DNA of 64,000 nt from assembly GCF_964204645.1 (NCBI RefSeq), contig NC_134025.1, positions 21,241,101 through 21,305,100 of the forward strand, read 5' to 3'. Below the pieces are notes generated by a model, which ran no database searches, was not told the DNA's origin, and saw only the letters and a list, made by a program, of their open reading frames with translations. The position numbers were made by a program, and so were the translations under genes. Source of the DNA: Tubulanus polymorphus (taxonomy: Eukaryota; Animalia; Nemertea). Shown here in pieces: positions 38,455 through 50,900 of the stretch (the first letter of the stretch is position 1; the number at the start of each line of letters is the position of its first letter).

Positions 38455-39046
38455 CACATGTGAAGTTGTATGGTTGGTGTCTATAACGATAATGTCTTCT
38501 TTACAGACAGCCACATTTATAGTTTACATATAATAATCCTTATCTATGGGGCATTAATCAAACTTGCAGTGAATTCTGTGTATAATTCCTGTTTACAGTA
38601 ACAGTAATATCGTATGGGCATATTGGGATATTATCACAGAACATGACGATAATAATTCCTTTGAAGTAAATCTTTGAGATAAATTCACGATTAATGTTTG
38701 TAGTTAATCCTCCAACCGCAGTAGCTGCATTATTAACTGTATAAGTCAGTGGGTTTATCTTTGATAAACTAGATGAGAGGTTTCTCTCATGAAAACACAG
38801 AGTTCTTGAAGAATCGAGCGTCTCATATCCAAGTCCCCGTCTTTGCAAAGCTCTTTTTATAACAAACTAACGTTTGCAAAATTCCACTGTTATAATCAAC
38901 CTGCTAAAAGTAACTTTCAGGCCCGCAAATGGAAATTGTTTATATGAACCGGAACTGAGTCATCAGTTACTTCATCGTCAGTCGCTTCAGCCCAGGCTCC
39001 AATCAACAACACGGTAACACGAACCACAACTCCAGAAAACCTTCAT
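38455..39046 (-). pseudogene. Degraded long-type paralog (signal/pro module plus a longer Cys-containing region)
   Basis: MKVFWS, then a frameshift to ..VLLIGAWAEATDDEVTDDSVPVH, then stops, then an open stretch 38558-38848 (SRTLCFHE..CDNIPICPYDITV) and YKCGC. Confidence 0.5.
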
Positions 39047-40122
39047 CGCGCGACCTATCTGAGAATATCGTAGAAAGCATTATACAGCTTTAATAACGAC
39101 TGTATTGTGTTCGGCATACTGGTAGTTGATAAAAAGCTCAGTCTTGGATCTCGAACCTGGGCTTTTGTCGTTTGTCGGTCCGCCTTGGCGTTGAGAGTTA
39201 CTGCGAGTGATAATGTATAGATTCGTGAAGCGATTTATCAAACGTGCAGTGGTTTTATCCGAGTTGAATTCCAGTATGTTATTTGATGAATGTGCCTTAG
39301 GCCTAACCATATCTTAGAGTTTTTGCAATAAATTTAAATTTGCAATAAATCATAGTATTAGAAATATTCACAAGTAAATCTACTATATAGATTTTCAATT
39401 TGCCTGAAAGTTGTCCTCATGAGTGGTCTACCCAAGTGTTAAATAGTACTAACGCGTTGATTGATATCAAGAAATAGTTCTCTGAGGACAAATGAACAAT
39501 TCAGTAAGGTTAGTTTTTGGAAACTTAACGACGTAAAGCTAACAACAAACGAATTGCGGATGTTTTGTAGAATTAAATAATTTATGGACCCCGGCCCGCC
39601 GTTAAGTGAGTGCCAGACTGTCAAGTGCTGCCGCTACGTATAACATGGACGGGCAATACGAAAACTAATTCGATACACAACCAGCTGCTAACTGTGGTAT
39701 GCGAGTAATAATTTAGTTCACAGTTTCACCGTCAATGTTTTACTTTTAGGGACAGCACTTGACGGTTGAGACCCGGTAGAGAAATCGTTATTCCTTCTGT
39801 GACATGCGTGTTACTCTGATAAAACCCACTATTAAAATACTAAACCATCTCTAAGTATTTTGAATTGAAAAATTAATAAACCTTCGATCTTATGAATGTA
39901 TTCATCGAATGAAGAGGATATCGACGAATATTCCTCAACAACAACCGCAGATGAAACGTTGAGAATTTTTTTACAGTCAAAAATAACGTTCCGATCGAAT
40001 AAATTCCAATTTGATGTAGCTAAAAATTAAGTTCGATCAACTGAAATATAAAATCATCAAATCATTTTTCATCTTTAGAAGTTCGGGATTTTACGGCGTT
40101 TCGTGCTGGGGCTCTCAAATAC

Positions 40123-40135
40123 GTAGCCTAGCAAC
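40123..40135. promoter_or_regulatory. RFX X-box upstream of DNAH1
   Basis: GTAGCC-T-AGCAAC matches the X-box consensus GTNRCC(N0-3)RGYAAC. It lies just upstream of a probable non-coding exon with a donor at about 40272. RFX factors are established regulators of ciliary genes. Confidence 0.6.
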
Positions 40136-40871
40136 CAGGATAAACGCTTTCAACCGCTCGTGAGAAAAACTTTGAAGAAAGTGCGAAAACTGACTCCTGT
40201 CGATTGTGTAGCTACGGAATTATCGCCGATCTCCGAATTATGATATAGAGAATAATACTCGACTGCACAAGGTCTGTTTATTATGCGATTTCCGCTAGAA
40301 ATCTAAAATATCCCGTACAAAAACTAACAACCACCAAATCAATACAAACTAAGATTTTATTTATTTTAAATTAAATCGCCGCTTCATTACTTCTTCTAGC
40401 CGCAGGAATGGCAGGAAGGGATTTCAGAGTAAGATAAATGGGAATGATTTTTGATATACTGTCAATGTCACAAAGGCAATGCCAATGCATGCTTTTCTTA
40501 GTTTCATTGTAAATGTAGGCCCTATTATTTCATCCCTTTTGCCCTGGGAGGGCATTGTCAATATTGCCCTTTCCACCTGCTGCAGCCACATGAGTTCACT
40601 GCATGCTAGTGCTTTTGAATGCTGGGCAAACAACACTGAAATTGACAGTGTTGTCGGCACATTATTTGATTGAATTTAGGTTTAAAAGCTCCCAAGCGGC
40701 GGTGCATTAGAAAGAAGAGCTTGCGCAATGTGCCCTTCTTCAAAATTCCAGATTCCTTATATTCTTTTTTGCTTTCTTCGGTGCTTGCTTTCCTGTTCAT
40801 TTTCATTGCCCTTTCTTGTGGTGGGCAACCATTGTGGTAGGTCCCCGCTGGATCCACCCCTGCCCTAGAGA

Positions 40872-41411
40872 CTAATGTCTATTTATTAATGGATGAGACC
40901 TGTTTTTCTGGGATATTTTGCTTACTTTTTGGGGTACATACCTCATTTATGTCTTAACAGAATGCCAAAAATCGCGGGCAACAACTGAATATCCGATATA
41001 TTTCCAGTTCTGTACCGATTAGATGGATTGGCAAAAAGACTCCTTAAGTCCAATTGATTGAGAGAGAAAATCCTCCATTTTGTGAAATTTCTTGAATTTT
41101 TACATTGTCACCATGCCTACGAAATGAAGTTATTTTTCTTGTGGGGTCTCAACAACTAAATCAGGGTGGCGTAGGCATGGTAACAATGTTCAAATCCAAG
41201 AAATTTGACAAAATGGAGGATTTTCTCTCTCATTCAACTGGAGTCTTTTTGCCAATCCATCTAATTGGTACAGAACTGGAAATATATCGGATATTCAGTT
41301 GTTGTCCGCGATTTTTGGCATTCTGTTAAGACATAAATGAGGTATGTACCCCAAAAAGTAAGCAAAATATCCCAGAAAAACAGGTCTCATCAATTAATAA
41401 ATAGACATTAG
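40872..41411. repeat. Long near-perfect inverted repeat (about 245-bp arms, about 48-bp spacer); foldback/MITE-like
   Basis: 40872-41121 is the reverse complement of 41170-41411, with few mismatches and a short indel. Confidence 0.9.
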
Positions 41412-41924
41412 AAGCAGAGTTCTAGTAGCTTTTTGTAGGGGCCTAGGTTTATAGCCTAATCGATGAATTGAAAATCCACCCAAGTTTTTAAAGAGCATTC
41501 ATTTTATGCCTATCCGGCACAGGCCTGTGAACATTGATATGCCTTGTAGAAAAAGATTTTCCTGTAAGCCTTACACAAGCCGGAACATCCTCTCTTAGCA
41601 CGGAATCGAACCTGGTGACATGAAGAGCCTGAATTGTAAAAGTTGTTCTAGCGCAGTGGGCGAAGAGCTGCGCACTTGGGCTAACCGGGCACGGGTTTCT
41701 TGCCGTGGCAAAGTTTCGCGATGCCATTATGTTTGAATCCTAGCATAGGCAGAATGCGTGGGAAATATGCAAATTCTAGGTCATTAGAATAAAAACTTTT
41801 GCAACCTCATCACTGTTAGCATAATTTCTTTGACCTTTTTATCGATTTATTTCGTATTGTTTTTTCTATTTCCTAAATCGCAAATGAAGTATGATATTAA
41901 TTTCTACTGATATAGGATCTAACG

Positions 41925-44900
41925 ATGATGTCAAGGTCGAGGAGTTCGCATGGAGGCCTTCCATTTTCAGCCAATCGAACGTCTGCATCGTCGACACACA
42001 CAGCTGCTGCGACAGCAGTTAACGGACAGAAATATCCCGAAATCAAACAGCGAGGATTTTATTCCGATATTCTCGGCGAAGAAGCTGAGAAAAATCTCGG
42101 AGTAAGTAGCTAAACTAATCTTTATTTAGATCATGATTTATGGACAATTCTTAGAAGCATCCCTCGTGCTTTTTAACTGAGCGTTAAACTGATTTTTTTC
42201 TAAGTTGAATCTCTGAGTAATTTGAGAACATCGTTGGGATTGTTCCTTCTTCATTGCTCAAATAGTTAACTTTTGTCATAGCTTTTGAAATTGCTTCATA
42301 TTTCTTGAATGGTTTGTTACATTGGAGATTCAATTGTTAAATAGGCCCTGCCCTATATGTAGAATTAGAAATGCAGTGTCAATTCATGACTGAAGTTCTC
42401 TTTTTTATCATCTTTTCCTTCAAAATGTTTTGATTAGTAATTCTCTCTGAATTAATTTATATTATTTTTTTTTTCAGAATGTTTTAACCGGCCCACCGAC
42501 TTCGCAGGATACATTATGGAATGTAGCCAAAGACAAGCACACACCAAAAGGTAGCTGATCTAGTCATTCTTTAGAATCGTATTGCTTTTTCCAATCCACA
42601 ATAGACTTGGTAAAACCTAATCTAGCTTAACCTTAGTCTTAACCTTTGTGTTGCTAGACTTTGCTCTGTTTTGGAGTCATGATACCAGCTTCCATGATAT
42701 CTACATAGTTCAGAGTTGATTGAACTAAGTTAGGCTACTCATAAATTGCTTAATCTACCAATTTTTACCAATCTTAATCTACCAATGTTTTAACATTTTT
42801 ACATGGTACCAATGTTTCAATCATGGACATATCTTAACACTGTAAGATTTCTACTAAGCTGGTTAAGTTGATATCTGAATCTGATCTTTCATTGAAAACC
42901 GAACATGGTTTTTAAATGCCGAAATTTTAACCAATCATGGGCTTGAAAAATGTCTCATTTGTTTATATTTTTAGTGACGACTTTTATTGCTCCTACTGCT
43001 GAGGAACTTCAAGATCAGCTGAAAACTAATGAACACGGTCCGAGTACAGAAATAACTGCTATTTCGGTAAGTCAAGCGTAAGTCTTTGTAGACATAAGTC
43101 AGGAATTAACCTCGATGTGAGTAAATCAGGCATCATTATTGGCCTAGTAGACTTCTGTTCCTTAAATTACGGTTCAGCCATCGTTTACTATTATGAGTTA
43201 TCCCATACCTGATCCTTCTAGGTTATTTATACATGTATAACATGTATAACCAGACCAAGTCAGGGGATATTATATTTTTGGTTTACCTTTGTCAGCGATA
43301 TGAAGTTGGCATTGAGCCAATTCATGTAAAATCGCGGTACGTTTTTTATGCGAGTATTTGTTTCATTGGTTCTCGGCTTAAACGACGTATAATCGATGCG
43401 ATTGAAGACATGGCGAAGCTCCGTCGATGACATGGTCAACTGAGTTACAATTCTACGAAAAACTGTTTTTGGCGGCAAAATTCTTAGCTCTCGCGTATAA
43501 AATTGCAATGACCTCGATTAAGAGGCGTTTTCTCTACGAGCGAATGTGATTGGCTGTTTTTGGGATTTACGGGGAATTCAGGCGCTACTAAAATAATTAT
43601 GGGAAGGCCATAGAATGGCGAACGTTTCATTGGACTAGGTGCCATATATGTGCATATATTTCAAATGCTCATTGCTGGTGATAATGTAATTATTATCCGC
43701 CATAGGTATTGTTTCATTTTAATACTGTACCCGGTGATTGATTTGATTGACATTGAAGTGTAAGCGAACATTCACTTACACTAGGCCTCCACGTGCGCGC
43801 GGAAATCATTAGATTAGACTGTTGCACACACAAACACGCGCGTACAGTATACACTACTCTAGTGATACTGTAACGCTGCTTGCTGGCGCATTTGACATTT
43901 AATCAGCTGAAGATGAGCGCTGTGTTTTCTGTTTGATAGAATTTGTAATAAATTGTAATTTCTTGTGACCTGAAAATACTAAGCAGCAAACTATAGGTAT
44001 AGGTCGAGGTCTGAATATTGATTGGATTTAAAACGATCTAATACGCCGATTTCTTACTGCACCGGTATTTTAGTTTCCGCAGCCATACATTCAGCCACCC
44101 TCTGATATGTGACATCATATGAATTGTGTTTGAATATTTTTCATATTATGAAAAATATTTCTTTGGAAATATAAAATAGTTTCCATGCCTCGCCTACCTG
44201 TACCATACGAAATTTTTGATGTGGACCGTATACAAATGTATATCTTTGGTCTTTTGACTACAAAATAATCCTTTAAGAAAGATAAAATAGAATATTTAAA
44301 CTTGTAGAACTTTGAAGTCACGAATTAAAAAGATTTTTCAAGCAACGCCCTTACCCCAAACAACCTCTAGCTTTCAAGGTAAACCACACTTTGCCCATGG
44401 GCAATTTATTTTGTTGTGCTGCTTCCTCCATGTGAAGTTTATCACAAAAACTTGACAACCTCCAGACTTAACCTATGTGAAAACTTACCGGCTGATAAAA
44501 CATTTTTTTTCCAGGATTTTCCGGTAAAGGCTTATGAACCAAAGGTGCAGCTTCCTTTCTTCACACCACCGGGTCATTGTCCTCGAAAGATTGAAATTGA
44601 AAGGTATGCAGGAAACAAGATATTTGTATTGTGATTTATTGCTGGACAGTCACATTACAAAGAAGTATGCCCACATACCATATGTGCAGTCGGTACATGG
44701 ACCCACTGCATGGACCAATGGACAACTTGTAGTTGAAACTGTAGTCTGAATTTTAGAATTAGATCACACTTAATAATGCACACTTAATTAATTTTTAGGA
44801 ATTGAGAGTATTTGATATCCGTCACGGAAGTTATGTTTAACATATCTTGTATTTAAGAGATCAAAAATAATGCCTGCTTTGCAGTGAAATGCAGATTAAA

Positions 44901-47900
44901 TGATCCAAATTAGTCAGGGCACAATTTCACGAAAAAATTAGACTGAAATTTAAGGTCTTAGGTGCTATTGTTTACTTCATGTTTGCCACGAGGACTTCAA
45001 AATTAACCGTTTTGAGCTTAAACTTTTTCATGAAACCCGGTTGTTATTATAATCTCAATCTTCTATGTTAAGTCAATAGCTTGTTAACAAATCTTAATGG
45101 AATGATTTTTTCCAGGCGTAAGAGAAATTATGCCAAGTTGGAGTTATTGACGTTGTTAGACGAGCAGGGCATTGATACGGATATGTTGATGCCGAAAGCT
45201 CAAGTAAATGGCAATGCCAACGTGAAATTGAATATCGATCCAGACGATCCGGCCCCTTTTCCACCGTATCTGCCGCTAGAAATATTCGATAGTTTCGAAT
45301 TCGATTGTCGTACGCCGGACGACTGGCTGTTACTCGGACAAGAGAATGGTAAAAGGAAACCCGTACCGGGAAAGGCCCTTCTGCCTACCGAAGATTCGCT
45401 TCGACATCGTGAGTACATGCAATTTTCATTTTTCCATTGTTTGTTATACGTGTATTTTCATTTTAAGGATGTTCGTGGAATGATAAGTGTAGTCCATGTG
45501 TATGGTAGGCCTATTTTAACTGCTAGGACACCTATTCCCCTTTAGCATCTGGACCCTGTTGATGGCTATGTACAACCAAACTTACTTCAGTCATCATCTC
45601 GAATAATTCATTACATTACCTGAGTCGTCTCTAATTTTGAGTCTTGATATTTATACATGTATTTCCATGTCAGTTTACTAAGTGTAAGTCAGTCGTTTGG
45701 ACAGGTTGTCAGCATATACAATAACTTAAGCGAGTTTGATTGTGCTGGCATATCTGGAAGAGACTATCCTCATTAGAAAGATAATTCGTTTAGGATGCGG
45801 GTTAGTCCCAGACTAACATTTGAAGAAAAAGACACTGAAGTTAGGAGGGGTCTTTAGAGGGTATAGCAGTAGACAAAAATGAGACAAGAATTTTATAGAT
45901 TTCATTTCATGGTATAGCTTACGTAAGCATATCGTATATTGGTAAAATGATAGTATTATTTATGTTTTTATTCTGCAGTTGATCCGACCGATCCATCAAT
46001 AATTTACTCATGGTACGACGTCGGTATGTTAGCGTACGACGCTGATACTCAGCTATATTTAGTACAAAAAGTCAACGCAGAAGGACGAATCGTGGACTCT
46101 CGAGGCAAAGCCATCGTCAACGGTGGACTGAAAAAAGATGGTGTGTATCGTTTGAAATTATCAGAATTTATTTCATGTAAGGTACATCCAATTTACCCAA
46201 AGTGAACGTTCTTAGTTCTCATTGGTCAGTATGCTCAAATATCTGTTACATGGACCAATCGGAGTAATTTTTACATTTCTGAAAACATGAGGCCCCTTTC
46301 GATACAGTTGATTGATGAATCCTGCACTGAGTTGTATTGAACTTTGATGTTCTCACTATTTGGTGACACATCCTAACCACCAACCTAAGTGCTATACTAG
46401 AGGCTATTATTGTTTGAAATGAGTCTTGAATCATATTGATATTTTTTTCAGGATCTAGAATTAGTACCGATTCACAATATTGGATTCCGCGAGTGAGGCT
46501 AATGTTCGCAGCTGAAGATCCGGAAGTATTCGCTCGTCGCGTCACTTACGCGTTCCATTTGCGAAAAAATACCGAGTCTTTGTTACGTTATCACCTGTAT
46601 ATTGATTGTATGCCGATGGATGGTGTTGGACAACTCGACCAGGCTGCTATGAAGCGTATGATCGACTGGGCTAAAGGATCTCCGTCTCTTGCTAAGCAAA
46701 AGGGGTAGGCATACATAGATATTGTGTTATCTATGGGATGAAGACTTCTAAGAATGGAAAAAAGAAGATCTCTCATCAGTACAGGCATTTGCACTGGCTG
46801 AGATGATTCGCCACTAAGAACTAACCTACTAAGCTAGCACCAAGGGACACGGTGTACAATCAAATTTATAAATCATAATAAGATAATTTCACTGTTAGTA
46901 CGATAATCTTGCTTAATCAAATCATGCATTGTTTGATGATTTTCTTGCACAGATTGGATGATTACGTACAAGTTCTGGAAAAAGAGATCAATATCGACTT
47001 CTGTCGATCGATGAACAAGATCATATTCGACGAGACCGTTACCGATGATCCGAAAACGTTCGCATTCGTAACAGTACCAGAATCGACCCCTGACGTCATT
47101 CCTAACAAAGGTTCGTAATATTTGAAATTCATTCATTACGTCATAACAGTTGATTTCATGATCGAATAGACAGAAAATTGGCCGCCTACATCAAATTGCA
47201 GTTGACATCGCGAATTACCTTTGTAATGATGGAATAAAAATGTCAGAAATCACAATATTTAGAGTCTGTATTTGACCTGAAATTCCACACCAACTGATAG
47301 CACCTAAATGAACATCAGTTCCAATTACAGTAAAAACCCACTTAAGTCATTATCAGATATTTCGACACGCTACTTAAGTCGTGTCTATTTTCGAGTTAAA
47401 ATTTGTATTTCAATTCAAATCTAAGTGTAAATGGGTCATTTGGATAAATTGTCAAAATGAAAACATGAGTTTGATTTCATCTCATAAATTATCTTTTATC
47501 CTCTAAAAAAAGACCATTTTTATGTGTCAGTTATCTGCTTATGGCTCTTTGGATCCCCCCTTGAAGTGGCCAAACTTGATGTATGAAGGTCAAAGCCACC
47601 AAACAATCACCAATCATATACAATATTAAAGTGCATTTTTTTTTGTAACTCATTTGAAATTAGAACCTCGATAATTGCACATAGACCCCCAAGTCGCGCT
47701 TTTTATCATAACCAACTTTTTCAAAAAATATTTACAGGATGCATCGAAGATGTTCCCGATTATCCATTCGATGAACAGTATGATAACTTTGCGTTTAATG
47801 CACTGTTGACTCGCGAAGAGAGCATCACTGCGATCGGTAAAGTGCGCACGGAGTGCAATAAGGTCGCCGCTATGTCATTATTTCACGTTCCGACGACGAA

Positions 47901-50900
47901 ATCTATGAGAATCGAAGAGTTTGAACAAACTCAAAGTCAAGCGACGTCGCAGGTACGGCACAATATTTTCTTATGAAAAAAAATTCCAAATATTCCAAAT
48001 TCTATAGGCCTAACATGATGTGCTAAAATTCCAAATTGTTGTAATTATCTGTGAGATATTTCCAACAATTTGAAATCCACGCCAGTGAAATTATATTCAT
48101 TGGTCCTGGAATGTGAGAATAGCTTCATAAAGTTTAGATTTTCTTCTTGAGAGTTCTGACTGCTCTACTGTATGACCTGCTTATCTAGCTAGGTAACCCC
48201 GGCAATTATGTGACCAATCTAAATTGTCTCTTGTAAAAAATCTCTTAGGTGTCGTTGTTCTTGAAAGACAGTTGGATCACGACGTTGCGAGCCGCAATTC
48301 GTACAAGTCTGCGAGACGTCGGCAAAGGCTGGTTCAACATTCACGAAACGAACTGGGAAGTCTATCAAATATCAAAACTCAAAAAGTTCATGGAAATGGT
48401 CAAATTCAACATGCAAGACTCGCTTCGATTTCTCGTTCAGGATTCGCTCGTCAATTTTACGCAGATGATCCTAGACGCCTGTCACAACACGATGAAATGT
48501 GAAGAAGAGATGAAATGGGAGACAAATCTCCTTATAAGTAACTTCAAGTGCGTCCGCTATTCTTTAATCTCTGGCCAATCAATTTCTATATGCATCTGAC
48601 TTCCATTTGCCAAGTTGTCTTTGAATCTAAGCTCACAGTTCCTTTAGGTGTCCAATTAGCTGTGAGAGTAGCCATGAAGCCGTGGTCTTCCCCCAGCATT
48701 ACTCTGAGCATGCAGACAGTGATGGGTAGTGCTTCCATTTCCATTGAAGCAAGAGTGGCCCCATTCTATTTATCATTCATACAAAATTTAGTGCTATGTA
48801 GTTAGGTTGTCAGCCAAAAAAGCTGTTTGTTGGGATGAGTGAAATTTTTGCAATTTCTCTCATTTCAGGCCCAAAAAGAACCCATTGTTCCATGTTGACC
48901 TGATGTTGGACGCGCAGGGAGCCCATTACAGCACTAATCTCAACAGTTTCGAAACTGTGCTCGTATCTCTGTTTGATAAAGGGATTCAGTCGACACAAAG
49001 TGTTCCTCAACTTGAAAAGGTATGTTCAATTTTCTTAACGTACTATTCAAGACGCGTATGATTGTAGGGCATACTATTGTTTTCATGGTTTAAACTACCT
49101 GGACCCAGTTTCGAAATCCTTGGTTTAATTTCGCTATTCTCAAACCTGAATATGTTCGATCAAATCCTGCTGATGACAATACAATGTATTTACATGCGTA
49201 ATATACATAGCAATGTTATTGCTGTTGTAGTCGATAATGGAGGAGATTTTCTGGTCGGGAACTCCTTTATTGGAATCAGTAGGTGAACACGAACCGCATG
49301 TTGAAGAAATGAGAAACTACATCTGCTTGGCTATCAATAAAGCACTCATACCGATGAAAGCGTACGCTCAGGAATATGAACAGTTCCTCGAACTATTCAA
49401 TATGGATATCAATCAGTATATCAAGTAAGTTTTCTTTCGCATGGAAAATTTTCCAGAAGATATAGCCTATGTTAGAATGGGACAGGTTGTGGCTACGATC
49501 AACTACGAGGCTAGAAGCAACTTTAGTGCGATAAACCATAATACTGTGTTAGCTTTTAAGCGCAATGGGAAACTGGTTTGACCGCGAAGTTAGTTTATTT
49601 GGAATTTCCTTCGACATAAAACATTAGTCCAACTAGATCTTTGATCAAAATTGAAAAAAGAATTTAGGTTAAGTCCGATATTATTTGACTCATATCTATG
49701 GAACTGGGTACGGGTACACAATGATTGTTCCTGAGATCAAACATAATCAGCAACATGCTACGAAAGGAAACATTTACGGAAAGCAGATTCGAGGACGACT
49801 ACGTACTTTGATGAAGTAAAATGTATCAGTTTCTATCCCTGTTTATCAGCAAATGGACGGCGTATATTGTACGCCATGTATTTGGACGTGATGAAGATGA
49901 AGATGATGACGACGAGTAAGAGGAGCATGCCCAGACTATTCTTCGATTATGCATTTTGCATGATTAATCTAATGCACAATATGATTAAATCTACACAAAT
50001 TTATATCTATTGTCAATTGAAATGTGCATAGTTTAGGACTTTTTTTATTTGAAATAGTTTCATGAATTTATGACCATAATTTGTTTATTTCAAATAATTC
50101 ACAATTTTTGTTTTCATCCACAAAAATGCTAAGATAGGTTTTCATTCTGTAAAACACAAATAGTAGTTCTTTTTTTCACAATCATCGATTCAAAATCCAC
50201 TTGCATTTCTACATAAAACTACCATGAGAGTCACTGACAATGTTCGGCTGTTATTCTTATGTCACAATCCTTTTTCAATTGTGCTCTTCTGGAAAACAGA
50301 ATGATTATTTCGGTGGAAGATTTCAGTCAGTAGGGCGAGGGAAAAATTGGTAGAAACTGCCTCAACGTGGCAAGCAATATAGAATGTAGATAATTCCTCT
50401 TTTGGAAGAGCACAATCAAAAAGGACCATAGGATGAAAAAGACATTTTCTAGTAAGGGGCCATTCAGAAAGTATTTTGCGGAATTTCATACTTTCAATGT
50501 ACACATTTTTTAAAGCATTTTGCATAGAGGTAGAAGTGGCTAATTCTTTACTACCACTCCCACTATGGATGTGTACATACTTTATGATTGGCCCCTGTAT
50601 TTTGAATCAAAGCCGATGATCATGTTTTGATTGAAACAACGATTCTATAGAAAATTTATGTCTTAAGCAGCGTTTTAGACCCAATTTTCACAAAATGACA
50701 CATGTAAGGCTAAAAAAAATTGATACCTTGTTTCTTCGCTCTGGTGAGCTTAAATGTTGACCCGGCCGGCCGCCTATCTACCCTACATTACTTTTTTTTA
50801 AATCGTGATCAATTTTACCATAACAGACCCGGCCGGTATGGAAATGAACTGTTTATAAATTTTATCATATTTTACAAAAATGACCCGGCCGCTGCGGAGA

